A stretch of DNA of 64,000 bases. It comes from an uncultured bacterium. Its GTDB lineage: Bacteria; Babelota; Babeliae; Babelales; Vermiphilaceae. The stretch covers positions 32,001 to 96,000 of the forward strand of contig OY970212.1 of NCBI GenBank assembly GCA_963713925.1, written 5' to 3'. Below, one piece after another: positions 1-8,864 of the stretch. Position 1 is the first letter of the stretch. Each line of letters begins with the position of its first letter. The notes beneath the pieces were generated by a model, which searched no databases, was not told the DNA's origin, and saw only the letters and a program-made list of their open reading frames with translations. The position numbers and the translations under genes are program-made.

Positions 1-487
1 TGGCACTTCCTCCATTCCGCACTCAATGGCTGATGTAAAGCATCCGGTTGATCAAGGCCTGCTCGCTCTTTTCTCTATGGCCTCCGACGCACTGCTTGCA
101 ACCCTTTCAGGGCTCATTGTGTTGGTGACCGGTGTCTGGCAGACTGGGATTTTCAGAAGCACCTTAATTTACGAAGCATTTGCGATTAACGCTCCCTGGT
201 ATGGCAAATATGTCTTGCTCGTGAGCATTGGATTATTTGTGGTCACCACCGTCATCGGAAACACCTTTAATGGCATGCAAAGCCTATCCTCATTTGCATC
301 GCTTCGCGTTGTGAGAATCTATATTCGCATTACTGGGCTTGTCATCTTTGCCGGAGCGCTCCTGCCCGTGCAATCAATGTGGAATATTATGGATGTCCTG
401 CTCACGCTAGCAGCTATCCCCAACGTGATTGGCCTGGTTATTTTGGCGCTAAAATATCCCAAGACGCTGAGCCTCTCAAAGAAGTAA
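1..487 (+). CDS. Alanine/glycine:cation symporter family, C-terminal part (5' truncated by window edge)
   Basis: Multi-TM ORF with QG/SxxxD..T..SGLIVLVTGVW and W..MD.....AIPNVIGL motifs typical of AlsT/AgcS. Confidence 0.8.
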   Translation, partial: GTSSIPHSMADVKHPVDQGLLALFSMASDALLATLSGLIVLVTGVWQTGIFRSTLIYEAFAINAPWYGKYVLLVSIGLFVVTTVIGNTFNGMQSLSSFASLRVVRIYIRITGLVIFAGALLPVQSMWNIMDVLLTLAAIPNVIGLVILALKYPKTLSLSKK

Positions 488-599
488 TTCCTTCTCGTAA
501 TAAGCTTTTTGCCAGCCTGTCAAAGATTTGCTAATATAAAATAGATGCTAATTTAATAAATGGGATTCCAGGTAGGCTTGGATATTATGGGGGTAACCT

Positions 600-1451
600 A
601 TGAAAAAATTATTCTACTCTTTTTCGCTTGCCACATCGATAATCTTTGGCGCTGGAAAACGACAAAGTGCTCAATTTTCGATGAATGCAAAAGATTTTAT
701 GAACATGGGCTTTGATGCGGTTGGCTGGGCAGGATTCTGCGCCGGAGTAAAGATAGGCGTACTAGAATATGAAGCTTTCAAAGCGGTCTATTCTTCGCTC
801 ACTAACCAGCAGATAACATTGGCCGATTTTCGAAACCCTGAAAATCTCAATCAGGAAGTCATTGGGGCTTTGATCTCGGGTCGATTTGATAGATTTGAAT
901 CAATGAACATAGGCGATTGGAGAAAATACCTTACTTGCGTCGGCCCGTCTCGTAATGAATTCGCTCTCAATGCGCTTGCAGGTGCAAGTTCTTGGCTTGT
1001 CAAAAATAAAATGCGGCCTATCATGCATGATGTCGTGCAGCGAGCCCCAGCCTCTATGGAAAAATATTCTCCCGCTTTAACAAAAAAAGATATTGTAGAT
1101 TTAGCGACTGAAGCAGTAGAAGCGTCGACACAATCAATAATCGCATATCGAGGTATAAAACCGCGCGCGCTGTGCTCGAGCATGACCAAGCGTATCGTTA
1201 GTCGATATATATGTAACAAAATAGAGCAGGGAGCAAGCAGCTTCAATGAAAAATTGCATATAATGGATCCAAATAGTCGAAAATATAAAATAGTGCGGTC
1301 ACTTGGCAAAAACGGATTAGAGCTTGCGACATGGTATCTCGTTTCGGGTGTCGTGAATAAATTCATGCCGAACCAACCTCAACAAGGTGATAATGACGAG
1401 GCCAGAATAGACGATCTCAGGGTTGCTTATGATCAAGGTCAAGTGGCTTAG
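600..1451 (+). CDS. Secreted hypothetical protein, tandem paralog 1
   Basis: MKKLFY signal peptide; YSPALTKKDIVD and ICNKI motifs shared with neighbours. Confidence 0.75.
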   Translation: MKKLFYSFSLATSIIFGAGKRQSAQFSMNAKDFMNMGFDAVGWAGFCAGVKIGVLEYEAFKAVYSSLTNQQITLADFRNPENLNQEVIGALISGRFDRFESMNIGDWRKYLTCVGPSRNEFALNALAGASSWLVKNKMRPIMHDVVQRAPASMEKYSPALTKKDIVDLATEAVEASTQSIIAYRGIKPRALCSSMTKRIVSRYICNKIEQGASSFNEKLHIMDPNSRKYKIVRSLGKNGLELATWYLVSGVVNKFMPNQPQQGDNDEARIDDLRVAYDQGQVA

Positions 1452-1464
1452 GATAATAACATTC

Positions 1465-2256
1465 ATGAAAAAGCTATTATATCTTTCGCTATCCTTCTTT
1501 CCAGCTCTTTTTGCATCTGAAAGTGATCAATTCACGTCGAAATTGCCAAACATTCGATCATATTATGCGGTGAATCGTTATTTAAACAACAATCAAAAGA
1601 ACATTCCATTTTATGTGAATGCGCTCAGAAACATATTGACAATTGAAGATGTTTTTGACGGCATAATCTATGCGGCAGTGAATAAAGGCATGAGTAAAAT
1701 GGTTGATCGCACAATGCCTTCTTCAAATAAATCAACTGTCACCATGAAAAGCTTATTTATTGAAGGATTGTTACTAAACAAATCATCTCAATTAATAAAT
1801 TACGTATTTGAAAAGCGAATATCGGCGAATGTTTCTAAAAAAATAGAGTTTTTAAGCCCTATTATTAGTAAAAAAGATCTACAAGACTGCCTAAATGCCG
1901 GTTCGTATGCTGCAATAGAACAAATTATGAAAGATCGTAAATTTGTCGCACCACATATTAAACGCGAAGTTCTTAAATCTATTGCAAAAAAATTCATCCG
2001 TAACAAAATCGGATCGGGAGTTAAAGCAATTAATACAAAATTCAATATTATTGATCAGAACAATGCTTTTTATGCGCCTACAGCCACACTCGGATATGCA
2101 ACTTTATTTTTGACACTTGAGACCATTGATTTTGTGTTATCAGATGATTTTGCAAAGACATTTATAACCACAAGTGGGGCCAATTTGGTCAAAAATGAAA
2201 TGATATTACGAATATTGATAGAAAATTATTATATGAATAAAAAAAAATCAAACTAA
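1465..2256 (+). CDS. Secreted hypothetical protein, tandem paralog 2
   Basis: Start taken at MKKLLY (1465); LSPIISKKDLQD and IRNKI motifs. Confidence 0.75.
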   Translation: MKKLLYLSLSFFPALFASESDQFTSKLPNIRSYYAVNRYLNNNQKNIPFYVNALRNILTIEDVFDGIIYAAVNKGMSKMVDRTMPSSNKSTVTMKSLFIEGLLLNKSSQLINYVFEKRISANVSKKIEFLSPIISKKDLQDCLNAGSYAAIEQIMKDRKFVAPHIKREVLKSIAKKFIRNKIGSGVKAINTKFNIIDQNNAFYAPTATLGYATLFLTLETIDFVLSDDFAKTFITTSGANLVKNEMILRILIENYYMNKKKSN

Positions 2257-2271
2257 AAAGACCGCATATCT

Positions 2272-3106
2272 ATGAAAAAGCTATTATATTTTTCCACTTT
2301 CATCTTTTCAACTGCCTTTTCATCTGAAATCAATCAACTCACAGCCGAAGTTTTGGGTATGAGTCTTCTTTATCAAAAAATGACCCCGGCAAAAATAGTC
2401 AAATATCAAGCTCTCGCGGGAACAATGCATAAGCCAAGAATTGCTATCATGTGTGAGGATGAAAGATTATACAGAGATCGAATACATCTCTATGAAAAAG
2501 TTCGAGGCATACATGATAAAATACGATACGAGTTACCAGCCTACTTGTGGATGGGGGTATTCATCCGACGTATCATTTCTATGACGGGAAAAGCACGCTA
2601 CGAAGATGTCGTTATGAATGATGGATTTAGAGAAACAATGTTCGTTCTAGCAGATACGCCCATATGGATGGTTCCTCATCCCGAATTTGGAAAACCATCA
2701 TTCAAAATGAATGATCATGTGCAAGTAACTGACAAAGATATTAAATATGCTCTGATAGCCGGAGCAATTGCGGGTGGAAACGCAAATTGCATTTGACAAA
2801 GCAATTATTCCCTCACATGTTGCAAAAGAAATGGCCCACACAACTATCTCTCATCTCATTTGCAATAAGATTAGCGCAGCCATCTACGATTTAAATGGTA
2901 CATACGGAATCGTTAAACCATGGACATCGACTTATTCTATTGCTGCTGCAACAGGAAATGTCGTACTCCCAATTATTATAAGACAATTAGTCGGCACCAT
3001 AATTGGAAGAGCCCCCGTTACAGTTGATGGAGAACTGCTCTATCGGAGCTGGGCTCATGATGATCCAGCAAAAAAGATTAATGTAAAATTTACAATGCCG
3101 CGATAA
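2272..3106 (+). pseudogene. Secreted hypothetical protein, tandem paralog 3, split by a frameshift near 2780
   Basis: ORFs 2272..2796 and 2768..3106 join into one paralog (KDIKYALIAGAIAGG / TQIAFDKAII..ICNKI) if one base is removed from GGTGGAAACG. Confidence 0.65.
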
Positions 3107-3119
3107 CTCACAAGGGTTT

Positions 3120-4016
3120 ATGAAAAAGCTATTATATTTCTTTATTCCGACTTTCTCAATACTCATCGGATCTGAATCGGATCAATTCGAAGCAATATTG
3201 CCACAAATTCGAACGCTATATGCCACAAATCGCTTCAGAGAACAACTGGAGAGAGGATACGAGTACCGCGAAGCATTAAAACAAGAATTACCAAAAAATG
3301 CTTCTGTAAAAACAAGCCTTAAAAAGGCATTGCAAAATATAGTAACGCTGCAAGATATCAAAACGGCGATTATGCCGACAATAGGCGGATATCTCTATGA
3401 CAATCAAAGCGAGCTCATCGCAAACACAAGGCATCTCATTTTTGGCAATGCTCCGCTCATGTCTCGATTGTTTATATGTCATTATAATGGCAAAGATGCC
3501 TTTCCTTGGATAACAAACACTTTTTTTACAACATTGGCACAAAATAAAATTCTCCAATTACGCGGTGAAATTGATACGATTATTCCAAAAAAAGTCACCC
3601 AAAAAATAAATTATTTAAGCCCGTTACTTACCCAAAAAGATATTCTTGATTTGGCGGCGGCCGGAGCTCAGGTGACAGCAAAACAAGCGATCAAACAGCG
3701 CACTATTGCTCCAAAGTTTGATGATCGTATGAAAAAAAAGCTTGCGCTTGCCCTAACTGCTCAATATGCCCACAATAAAACAAAGGATGGACTTAAATAT
3801 CTCAACAAAAAATTTGAAATATATTCTCCGGAGGCGCTGGAAAGTATACTTAACAATGAGATTGTTGATCTCGTACTCTATGCGGGTGTAAACATGTGTG
3901 TTAGAAAGACAGTTACAACATGCTTAAGGATTTCCGATAACGTCAAGATGCAAAGAGAGCGCGCGCGGCAAAGAAGTGCTCGGATAGATCTCTTATGGCT
4001 TCAATCGGAGATTTAA
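3120..4016 (+). CDS. Secreted hypothetical protein, tandem paralog 4
   Basis: MKKLLY signal; SESDQF..LPQIR shared with paralog 2; LSPLLTQKDILD. Confidence 0.75.
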   Translation: MKKLLYFFIPTFSILIGSESDQFEAILPQIRTLYATNRFREQLERGYEYREALKQELPKNASVKTSLKKALQNIVTLQDIKTAIMPTIGGYLYDNQSELIANTRHLIFGNAPLMSRLFICHYNGKDAFPWITNTFFTTLAQNKILQLRGEIDTIIPKKVTQKINYLSPLLTQKDILDLAAAGAQVTAKQAIKQRTIAPKFDDRMKKKLALALTAQYAHNKTKDGLKYLNKKFEIYSPEALESILNNEIVDLVLYAGVNMCVRKTVTTCLRISDNVKMQRERARQRSARIDLLWLQSEI

Positions 4017-4018
4017 AA

Positions 4019-4681
4019 ATGAATATCAAACCAATTTTTTATGCCGCCTTATGCGCTCCATTTTTTGCAAACGCACAATTTTCATATATTGATATTGTTA
4101 ATGCAGCATGTATGAGCGCGGCACAACAAAGTGCAGCGTCCTCTCTCCCTCTTGTTGCTGAGAAATTGAAACACCCAAATGATCAATTTGGGCTTCCTCC
4201 CGCTCTGCAAAAGATTGGGCCATATGCGGTAACCCTCACATATGCTTTTTTTATCAGCGCTATTGCAAAAGCTGATGCAAGACAGAATGCAAGCGCCATC
4301 TCATTTAGTCGCTATAAAAAAAATATCGCACAAACAGTTGTGGGTGCTGGCATTGGTTGCATCGGCACAGAGCTGATTGATCGAGCGCTCAATAAATTGG
4401 GCTATGGACAAGATAGTATGTATGTTCGTCCGGCAGTTCTTTTTGCAGGATCAGTAGGGGCTCAATTGGTAGGCCAAATGATTGCATCAAAAATAATGGA
4501 AAAACAGGCAGAACAGACAGAATTGTTAGAGGGTCTCAATTTATTGTCGACCCAACGAGCTTATTTACAACAACGTCTTAATAATGCTTTTGCGCTAAAC
4601 CGTGCCATTTCAGCCTTATGTAGCAATCCTGTACGTCATCCAAATTTCTCGAGATATAATCTCCGCAGAAACCTTTGGTAA
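4019..4681 (+). CDS. Hypothetical membrane/secreted protein
   Basis: GGAG RBS before ATG 4019; signal peptide ending ANA; Gly-rich hydrophobic segments. Confidence 0.65.
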   Translation: MNIKPIFYAALCAPFFANAQFSYIDIVNAACMSAAQQSAASSLPLVAEKLKHPNDQFGLPPALQKIGPYAVTLTYAFFISAIAKADARQNASAISFSRYKKNIAQTVVGAGIGCIGTELIDRALNKLGYGQDSMYVRPAVLFAGSVGAQLVGQMIASKIMEKQAEQTELLEGLNLLSTQRAYLQQRLNNAFALNRAISALCSNPVRHPNFSRYNLRRNLW

Positions 4682-4684
4682 AAT

Positions 4685-4713
4685 TTGTTATCTGAAGATC
4701 ATTTCGTTATAAT
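4685..4713 (+). promoter_or_regulatory. sigma70-type promoter of tRNA-Arg
   Basis: TTGTTA-17 nt-TATAAT directly upstream of the tRNA. Confidence 0.55.
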
Positions 4714-4748
4714 AATCTTTATTCAATTCTGAAAAATCCACAATTTTT

Positions 4749-4822
4749 GTGCCCGTAGCTCAGCTGGATAGAGCGACGGACTTCTAATCCGTAGGTCGTT
4801 GGTTCGACTCCAACCGGGCACA
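4749..4822 (+). tRNA. tRNA-Arg (anticodon TCT), CCA not encoded
   Basis: GTGCCCG/CGGGCAC acceptor stem, AGCTCAGCTGGATAGAGC D arm, ACGGA-CTTCTAA-TCCGT anticodon arm, GGTTCGACTCC T arm. Confidence 0.95.
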
Positions 4823-4883
4823 ATAGGCTTTTTCCCAAGTTATGTTCCACTGAGGGCTCAATTACGCTAAATTCACAACACTC

Positions 4884-5369
4884 TTATTTATTCAATCGTT
4901 TCACATATACATCTAAAACAAAGCTGTCATTTTCATCATCTTCATCAAACTCATCAACTTCTTCTATAACATCGCCCTCTAGAATGAATTGATTGTTCAT
5001 ATCCAAGAAAGCTTGAAGTATTCCAGAATAGTTCTTTACAATATTGACTTTGCATGCAAAAGGCAAGGCTGTAGCAGGTGTTTGAGAAAGTACATTGAAT
5101 CGCAGCTGTAGTACTTGTGGATCAAGCCATAAATAAAAAAGGGCTGGCGTGAGTGGATATTTTTTTATGACAATTTCCGAATAATGTTTTAAAAGTTTTT
5201 CAATGAAATGCGACAAATTATCCAGATTTATTACGTAAAAGGCATCTTTTTCGAATGAAAGTGCCCACATATTATGTTCTATTTCATCCTTTTGATTGCG
5301 ATTAAGGAGAATCTGATCTTCAAATACCGTGTTCAAATCAGATAATTTGTGAATGGCTAAGTAATTCAT
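4884..5369 (-). CDS. Putative immunity protein of the upstream Hint toxin
   Basis: Start overlaps toxin stop (4 nt); small protein with acidic tail; FYLWLDPQVLQLRF motif. Confidence 0.7.
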   Translation of the reverse strand: MNYLAIHKLSDLNTVFEDQILLNRNQKDEIEHNMWALSFEKDAFYVINLDNLSHFIEKLLKHYSEIVIKKYPLTPALFYLWLDPQVLQLRFNVLSQTPATALPFACKVNIVKNYSGILQAFLDMNNQFILEGDVIEEVDEFDEDDENDSFVLDVYVKRLNK

Positions 5370-7168
5370 TTAAAGATAACCTCCTTAAATGGAATAGATA
5401 AGCCAATAGGACCCTTATGCTTCGCTAAAATTGGCAATCCTCGCAAATCAGCGTCATATTGCCATTCAAAACTAGTAGAACCTTTTTTGAAGACTTTAGA
5501 ATGAGGACCTCCATGACCAGCCGTATCTCTTGACCACCACAACCCAGTTGCCGGATCACGATACAAATTACCAAATCGTTTTGAGCGAACTTTTTTGTCA
5601 GATCGTTTCTTCAATTTTTTAAAGAAATCATCTTCATCATCGTCATCCTCAGGATCTTCAGGAGGAATAAAGCTTCCTTTTTTTACTTTAGCCTCAGTAA
5701 GTTCTTTTGCAATTTTTGATTCACGATTTTTATTCAAACGATTATTAGTCTCATTCTTTAGATAATTAACATTGTAGTTTCTTCGAATAAGAGCCTCTTC
5801 ATTAACTCCTTGCCTTTCGATATTTGTCTTTCTCTCTTGGCAAATGAATTCTTCAGTAGATTTAATGTTTGATTCTTGCTGGCTGATGATTTTATCTATA
5901 TTGGTTGTTTGTTTTAAAATCGAAGCATTTGCCCTATCTCTATAGTACGCAACAGCAAGTCTTAACTCATAGTTCCTATTTTCAATATTTTTAAGTATCT
6001 CTTCTAGCTTGAGATGAATTTCTTGATACTGATAAACAATCATATGATTGGACAGATTTGTTCGATTATTGTTCCAATCACGAACTGCTTGTTCAACCGC
6101 GGGGCTAATGTCTGTAAATTCTTTAATCGCGTTATCTCTTGCCACAATCAATTCATTAAAATGAAACGATAGCGTGATTTGAAGGTCTATGATTTCTTGC
6201 TCTAATCGTGTTAATTCATACTCTCGTGTTATCCTCAAGTTAATTCTTTGATCATCGGTAAGTATATTTTCTTGATCAAATGATGGCTGTATAAATGCCA
6301 AGTCTTTTGCAATGCTATTCTGGGCAAGAAATGAGTATGAAAAACTCAAAGGATTGTTTCTTCTATAAATATTAGTAAAATTTTCTAGTCCACTTATTAT
6401 GTCAGCAAACTGTTTCTTCAGCGTAATCAGCTCAGCTCGCCTCATATCAAAATATTGACGCTCGCTCAAGTCAGCCTTTATATTCAATTTACTCAAATCA
6501 CTATCAATGCAATTTTTTTCCTTAATCATTTGCCATGTATTAACGGCTATAACAGTCAATGCTAATGTTGTTCCTACTGTCAATAAGATAGGATTGTAAA
6601 GAACAATTGAACCAATAATTATCATTGATGATGGGTTTGAAACAACATCCATATTATGAACACAAATGTCCTTTTCTGAGACAAAAAACACATGGTCATC
6701 AACTGTGAGAGCATAACATTCAACATGATCATCTACTATCTCTATTGAATCGACCCGTCCGTTCAATGCCGATTTGCCTAAGCAAACATCAAGCTGACTC
6801 AGCTCCTTTGCTTTCATCCAAGAATTTTGACCTGGGAGATAAAATTTTTGATCTAAAGCAGCCCTGATAATTTCGTTTTTTAAGATAACATTTAGATATT
6901 TTGAAATGTTTCTTTTTGTAATGCAAACAACTTGTTTGTCTGAATCGTTTCCAATTACAAACTCGCCGATCTTTATATCCTCTATGGATTTATAACCACC
7001 TGGAACTTTGATTTGTGTTCCAGCTAAGAATCCCTCTTGAGAACCAAAATCTTGAGCGATTGAACAATCAATTGTTTTTGATTCTTTTTTAATCAGATCT
7101 CCGAAATCTTGAGATGATACTGCTGATGATAAAAAACTCAATATTAAGACTAAAAACTTGGATGACAT
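5366..7168 (-). CDS. Sec-signal Hint-domain polymorphic toxin with putative C-terminal RNase domain
   Basis: Signal peptide; GFLAGTQI..KSIEDIKIGE..FFVSEKDICVHN Hint; hydrophobic helix; coiled coil; PPEDPEDDDD linker; WWSRDTAGHGG..KVF..KHKG tip. Confidence 0.8.
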   Translation of the reverse strand: MSSKFLVLILSFLSSAVSSQDFGDLIKKESKTIDCSIAQDFGSQEGFLAGTQIKVPGGYKSIEDIKIGEFVIGNDSDKQVVCITKRNISKYLNVILKNEIIRAALDQKFYLPGQNSWMKAKELSQLDVCLGKSALNGRVDSIEIVDDHVECYALTVDDHVFFVSEKDICVHNMDVVSNPSSMIIIGSIVLYNPILLTVGTTLALTVIAVNTWQMIKEKNCIDSDLSKLNIKADLSERQYFDMRRAELITLKKQFADIISGLENFTNIYRRNNPLSFSYSFLAQNSIAKDLAFIQPSFDQENILTDDQRINLRITREYELTRLEQEIIDLQITLSFHFNELIVARDNAIKEFTDISPAVEQAVRDWNNNRTNLSNHMIVYQYQEIHLKLEEILKNIENRNYELRLAVAYYRDRANASILKQTTNIDKIISQQESNIKSTEEFICQERKTNIERQGVNEEALIRRNYNVNYLKNETNNRLNKNRESKIAKELTEAKVKKGSFIPPEDPEDDDDEDDFFKKLKKRSDKKVRSKRFGNLYRDPATGLWWSRDTAGHGGPHSKVFKKGSTSFEWQYDADLRGLPILAKHKGPIGLSIPFKEVIFK

Positions 7169-7333
7169 AACTATCTTCGTTGTAATGTGTAATAAAAATA
7201 ACTGACGAGAATACTAGTAAAAAATCTCTCATTCGTAAAGTTTGATTGCACCTTGCTTAACAATAGTTCCTAGTAAATAACACTTGCTCAATAATTGTTT
7301 TGTTAATATCTTCAAATGAAAAAGTTCTAAAAT

Positions 7334-7352
7334 ACTCCGACAGGGCACACCA
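7334..7352 (+). repeat. Degenerate copy of the tRNA-Arg 3' end (att-like)
   Basis: ACTCCGACAGGGCACA matches 4807..4822 ACTCCAACCGGGCACA at 14/16 and is followed by CCA. Confidence 0.55.
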
Positions 7353-7385
7353 TACTTCGCTCACAAGTGAGCTACGTATGGCTGG
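7350..7385 (-). repeat. REP-like palindrome, family C variant
   Basis: CCATACTTCGCTCACAAGTGAGCTACGTATGG hairpin with the CTTCGCT..AGCT(A/T)CG core also seen at 45400. Confidence 0.55.
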
Positions 7386-7531
7386 CTAGTTTCTTCAGAG
7401 GAAGAACCAACAATGTTGACAGAGCAATCGTAGGATATCTGCGATAGTTTGCCCAGCCAAATTTGATCACAAGTGAAGCAATTGCGTAACCTAAGAAGAA
7501 CTGAATCAATTACTCCTTCTTAGATACTTAT

Positions 7532-7825
7532 TTATTTTTTCTTTACCGGGAAATTTGGTAAATACTCTGCAAACCATTCTTCTACGGTCATGCCGTCAAT
7601 CAAGTCATTTTTTTCTGGCTCTTCTATTTTACCCTTGTAGTGCTTTTCGAGAAACGAGTCTAATTTATCAAGCGTTCTCCAGGAAACTTTCTCGCTTTTT
7701 AATAATTTCCATAAAGTAGCAATCGACATGGATGTTTTTCTTGCAATTGAATTTCTCGTTTCATATTGATTATCTAGTAAAAAAACTATGTTTTTTCTAA
7801 TTAAATTGTCTCGTTCGTTCTTCAT
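7532..7825 (-). CDS. Small HTH-like DNA-binding protein
   Basis: RNSIARKTSMSIATLWKLL..VSWRTLDKL resembles an Xre-type HTH. Confidence 0.5.
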   Translation of the reverse strand: MKNERDNLIRKNIVFLLDNQYETRNSIARKTSMSIATLWKLLKSEKVSWRTLDKLDSFLEKHYKGKIEEPEKNDLIDGMTVEEWFAEYLPNFPVKKK

Positions 7826-7852
7826 ATACAGGAAATTTCACATTAAATTTTT

Positions 7853-8214
7853 CTAGTGACGCACAGCCATACGAATGATGCGGATAGACTGCTCAGTTGC
7901 GACAGTAAAGTTATTATCTAGTTCCAAGCTATGCTCAACCAGCACTTTGCTTAGAACAGCTATCGTGCGATCAATTTCCCAACTCAACACACGAAGCAAA
8001 ATAATTCCCGCATGAGCTCGATTACTTCTAAAAACAATGTCGCGGAATCTTTATCCATCGTAACCAATATTCTATTCTCCGAGAAGGCTTTATGAAGCAC
8101 TTGCTCATCGGGGATCCCTGAAGATGTCTCAACTATAGCAACCACATCGTGATCATGGAGCCTCAACCAGTCAACAACCCTATGGTCAACACATTCATCC
8201 ACGAGAAACTTCAT
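7853..8214 (-). pseudogene. DUF5615/VapC45-like PIN toxin, frameshifted near 8047
   Basis: MKFLVDECV..RILVTMDKD; adding one base restores DKDFxDIVFRSNRAHAGIILLRV..IRIIRMAVRH* ending at 7853. Confidence 0.8.
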
Positions 8215-8220
8215 CTGCTA

Positions 8221-8457
8221 CTACCTCGCAATTGATGGCGCATATACAGAATTATTGATTGCTTGTTGCGCAAAAAGGAGGCATGCATAAATATCTTCTC
8301 TGGTAATATGCGGGTACCCCTTGAGGATATCCTCATATGTTGCGCCTTGTCCAAGCAAACCCAAAATCAGCTCGACTGTTATTCGCGTTCCTTTTATAAC
8401 GGGCTTACCCACCATAATTTTGGGGTCGATAATAATTCTTCCTAAATTATCTTTCAT
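8221..8457 (-). CDS. DUF433 antitoxin (VapB45-like)
   Basis: RIIIDPKIMVGKPVIKGTRITVELIL..YPHITREDIYACLLFA. Confidence 0.9.
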   Translation of the reverse strand: MKDNLGRIIIDPKIMVGKPVIKGTRITVELILGLLGQGATYEDILKGYPHITREDIYACLLFAQQAINNSVYAPSIAR

Positions 8458-8504
8458 AAGTTAACACTTTCTTTAGAAAAACATGTCATCATACTATTAT
8501 AAAT

Positions 8505-8759
8505 TTATGCCGATCGATAATAATGATCAATCAAAAAAGCAGTAAACGACTTCATCTCTTCTTGATATTCTTTTAATTTTTTCAACTTTTCACTTTCATC
8601 TCTTGTAATCTGAAATTCTCCACCAAAACTATAAAGTCTCTTAAGCGGACCAAGGATGAGAATTGTATCCCGATCAATTGTATGATCTTTATAAAACTCC
8701 GTGACTAAATTGTTCAATGGCACCGGTTTTAACTTTGAGAGCTTTTCGTCAAGTAGCAT
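8505..8759 (-). CDS. Hypothetical protein (possibly a fragment)
   Basis: 84-aa ORF co-oriented with TA pair, no recognised motif. Confidence 0.4.
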   Translation of the reverse strand: MLLDEKLSKLKPVPLNNLVTEFYKDHTIDRDTILILGPLKRLYSFGGEFQITRDESEKLKKLKEYQEEMKSFTAFLIDHYYRSA

Positions 8760-8864
8760 AGTAACAGGTCAGGCCGGCTTTTCCTAAAAAAACATTCACC
8801 GAAATATACCAATTAACAGCAACAAGAGCTTTCTCTCACTATGCAAACTGGCAATAATAATTAA

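Noticed and set aside
851..1366. Long antisense ORFs (also e.g. 60438..60926, 15702..16109)
   Set aside because: Shadow frames of well-supported genes on the opposite strand
5366..7168. Canonical splicing intein
   Set aside because: No Cys/Ser1, no block-B His, +1 residue is Met, no conserved host protein
4823..8800. Prophage at tRNA-Arg
   Set aside because: No integrase, structural or replication genes
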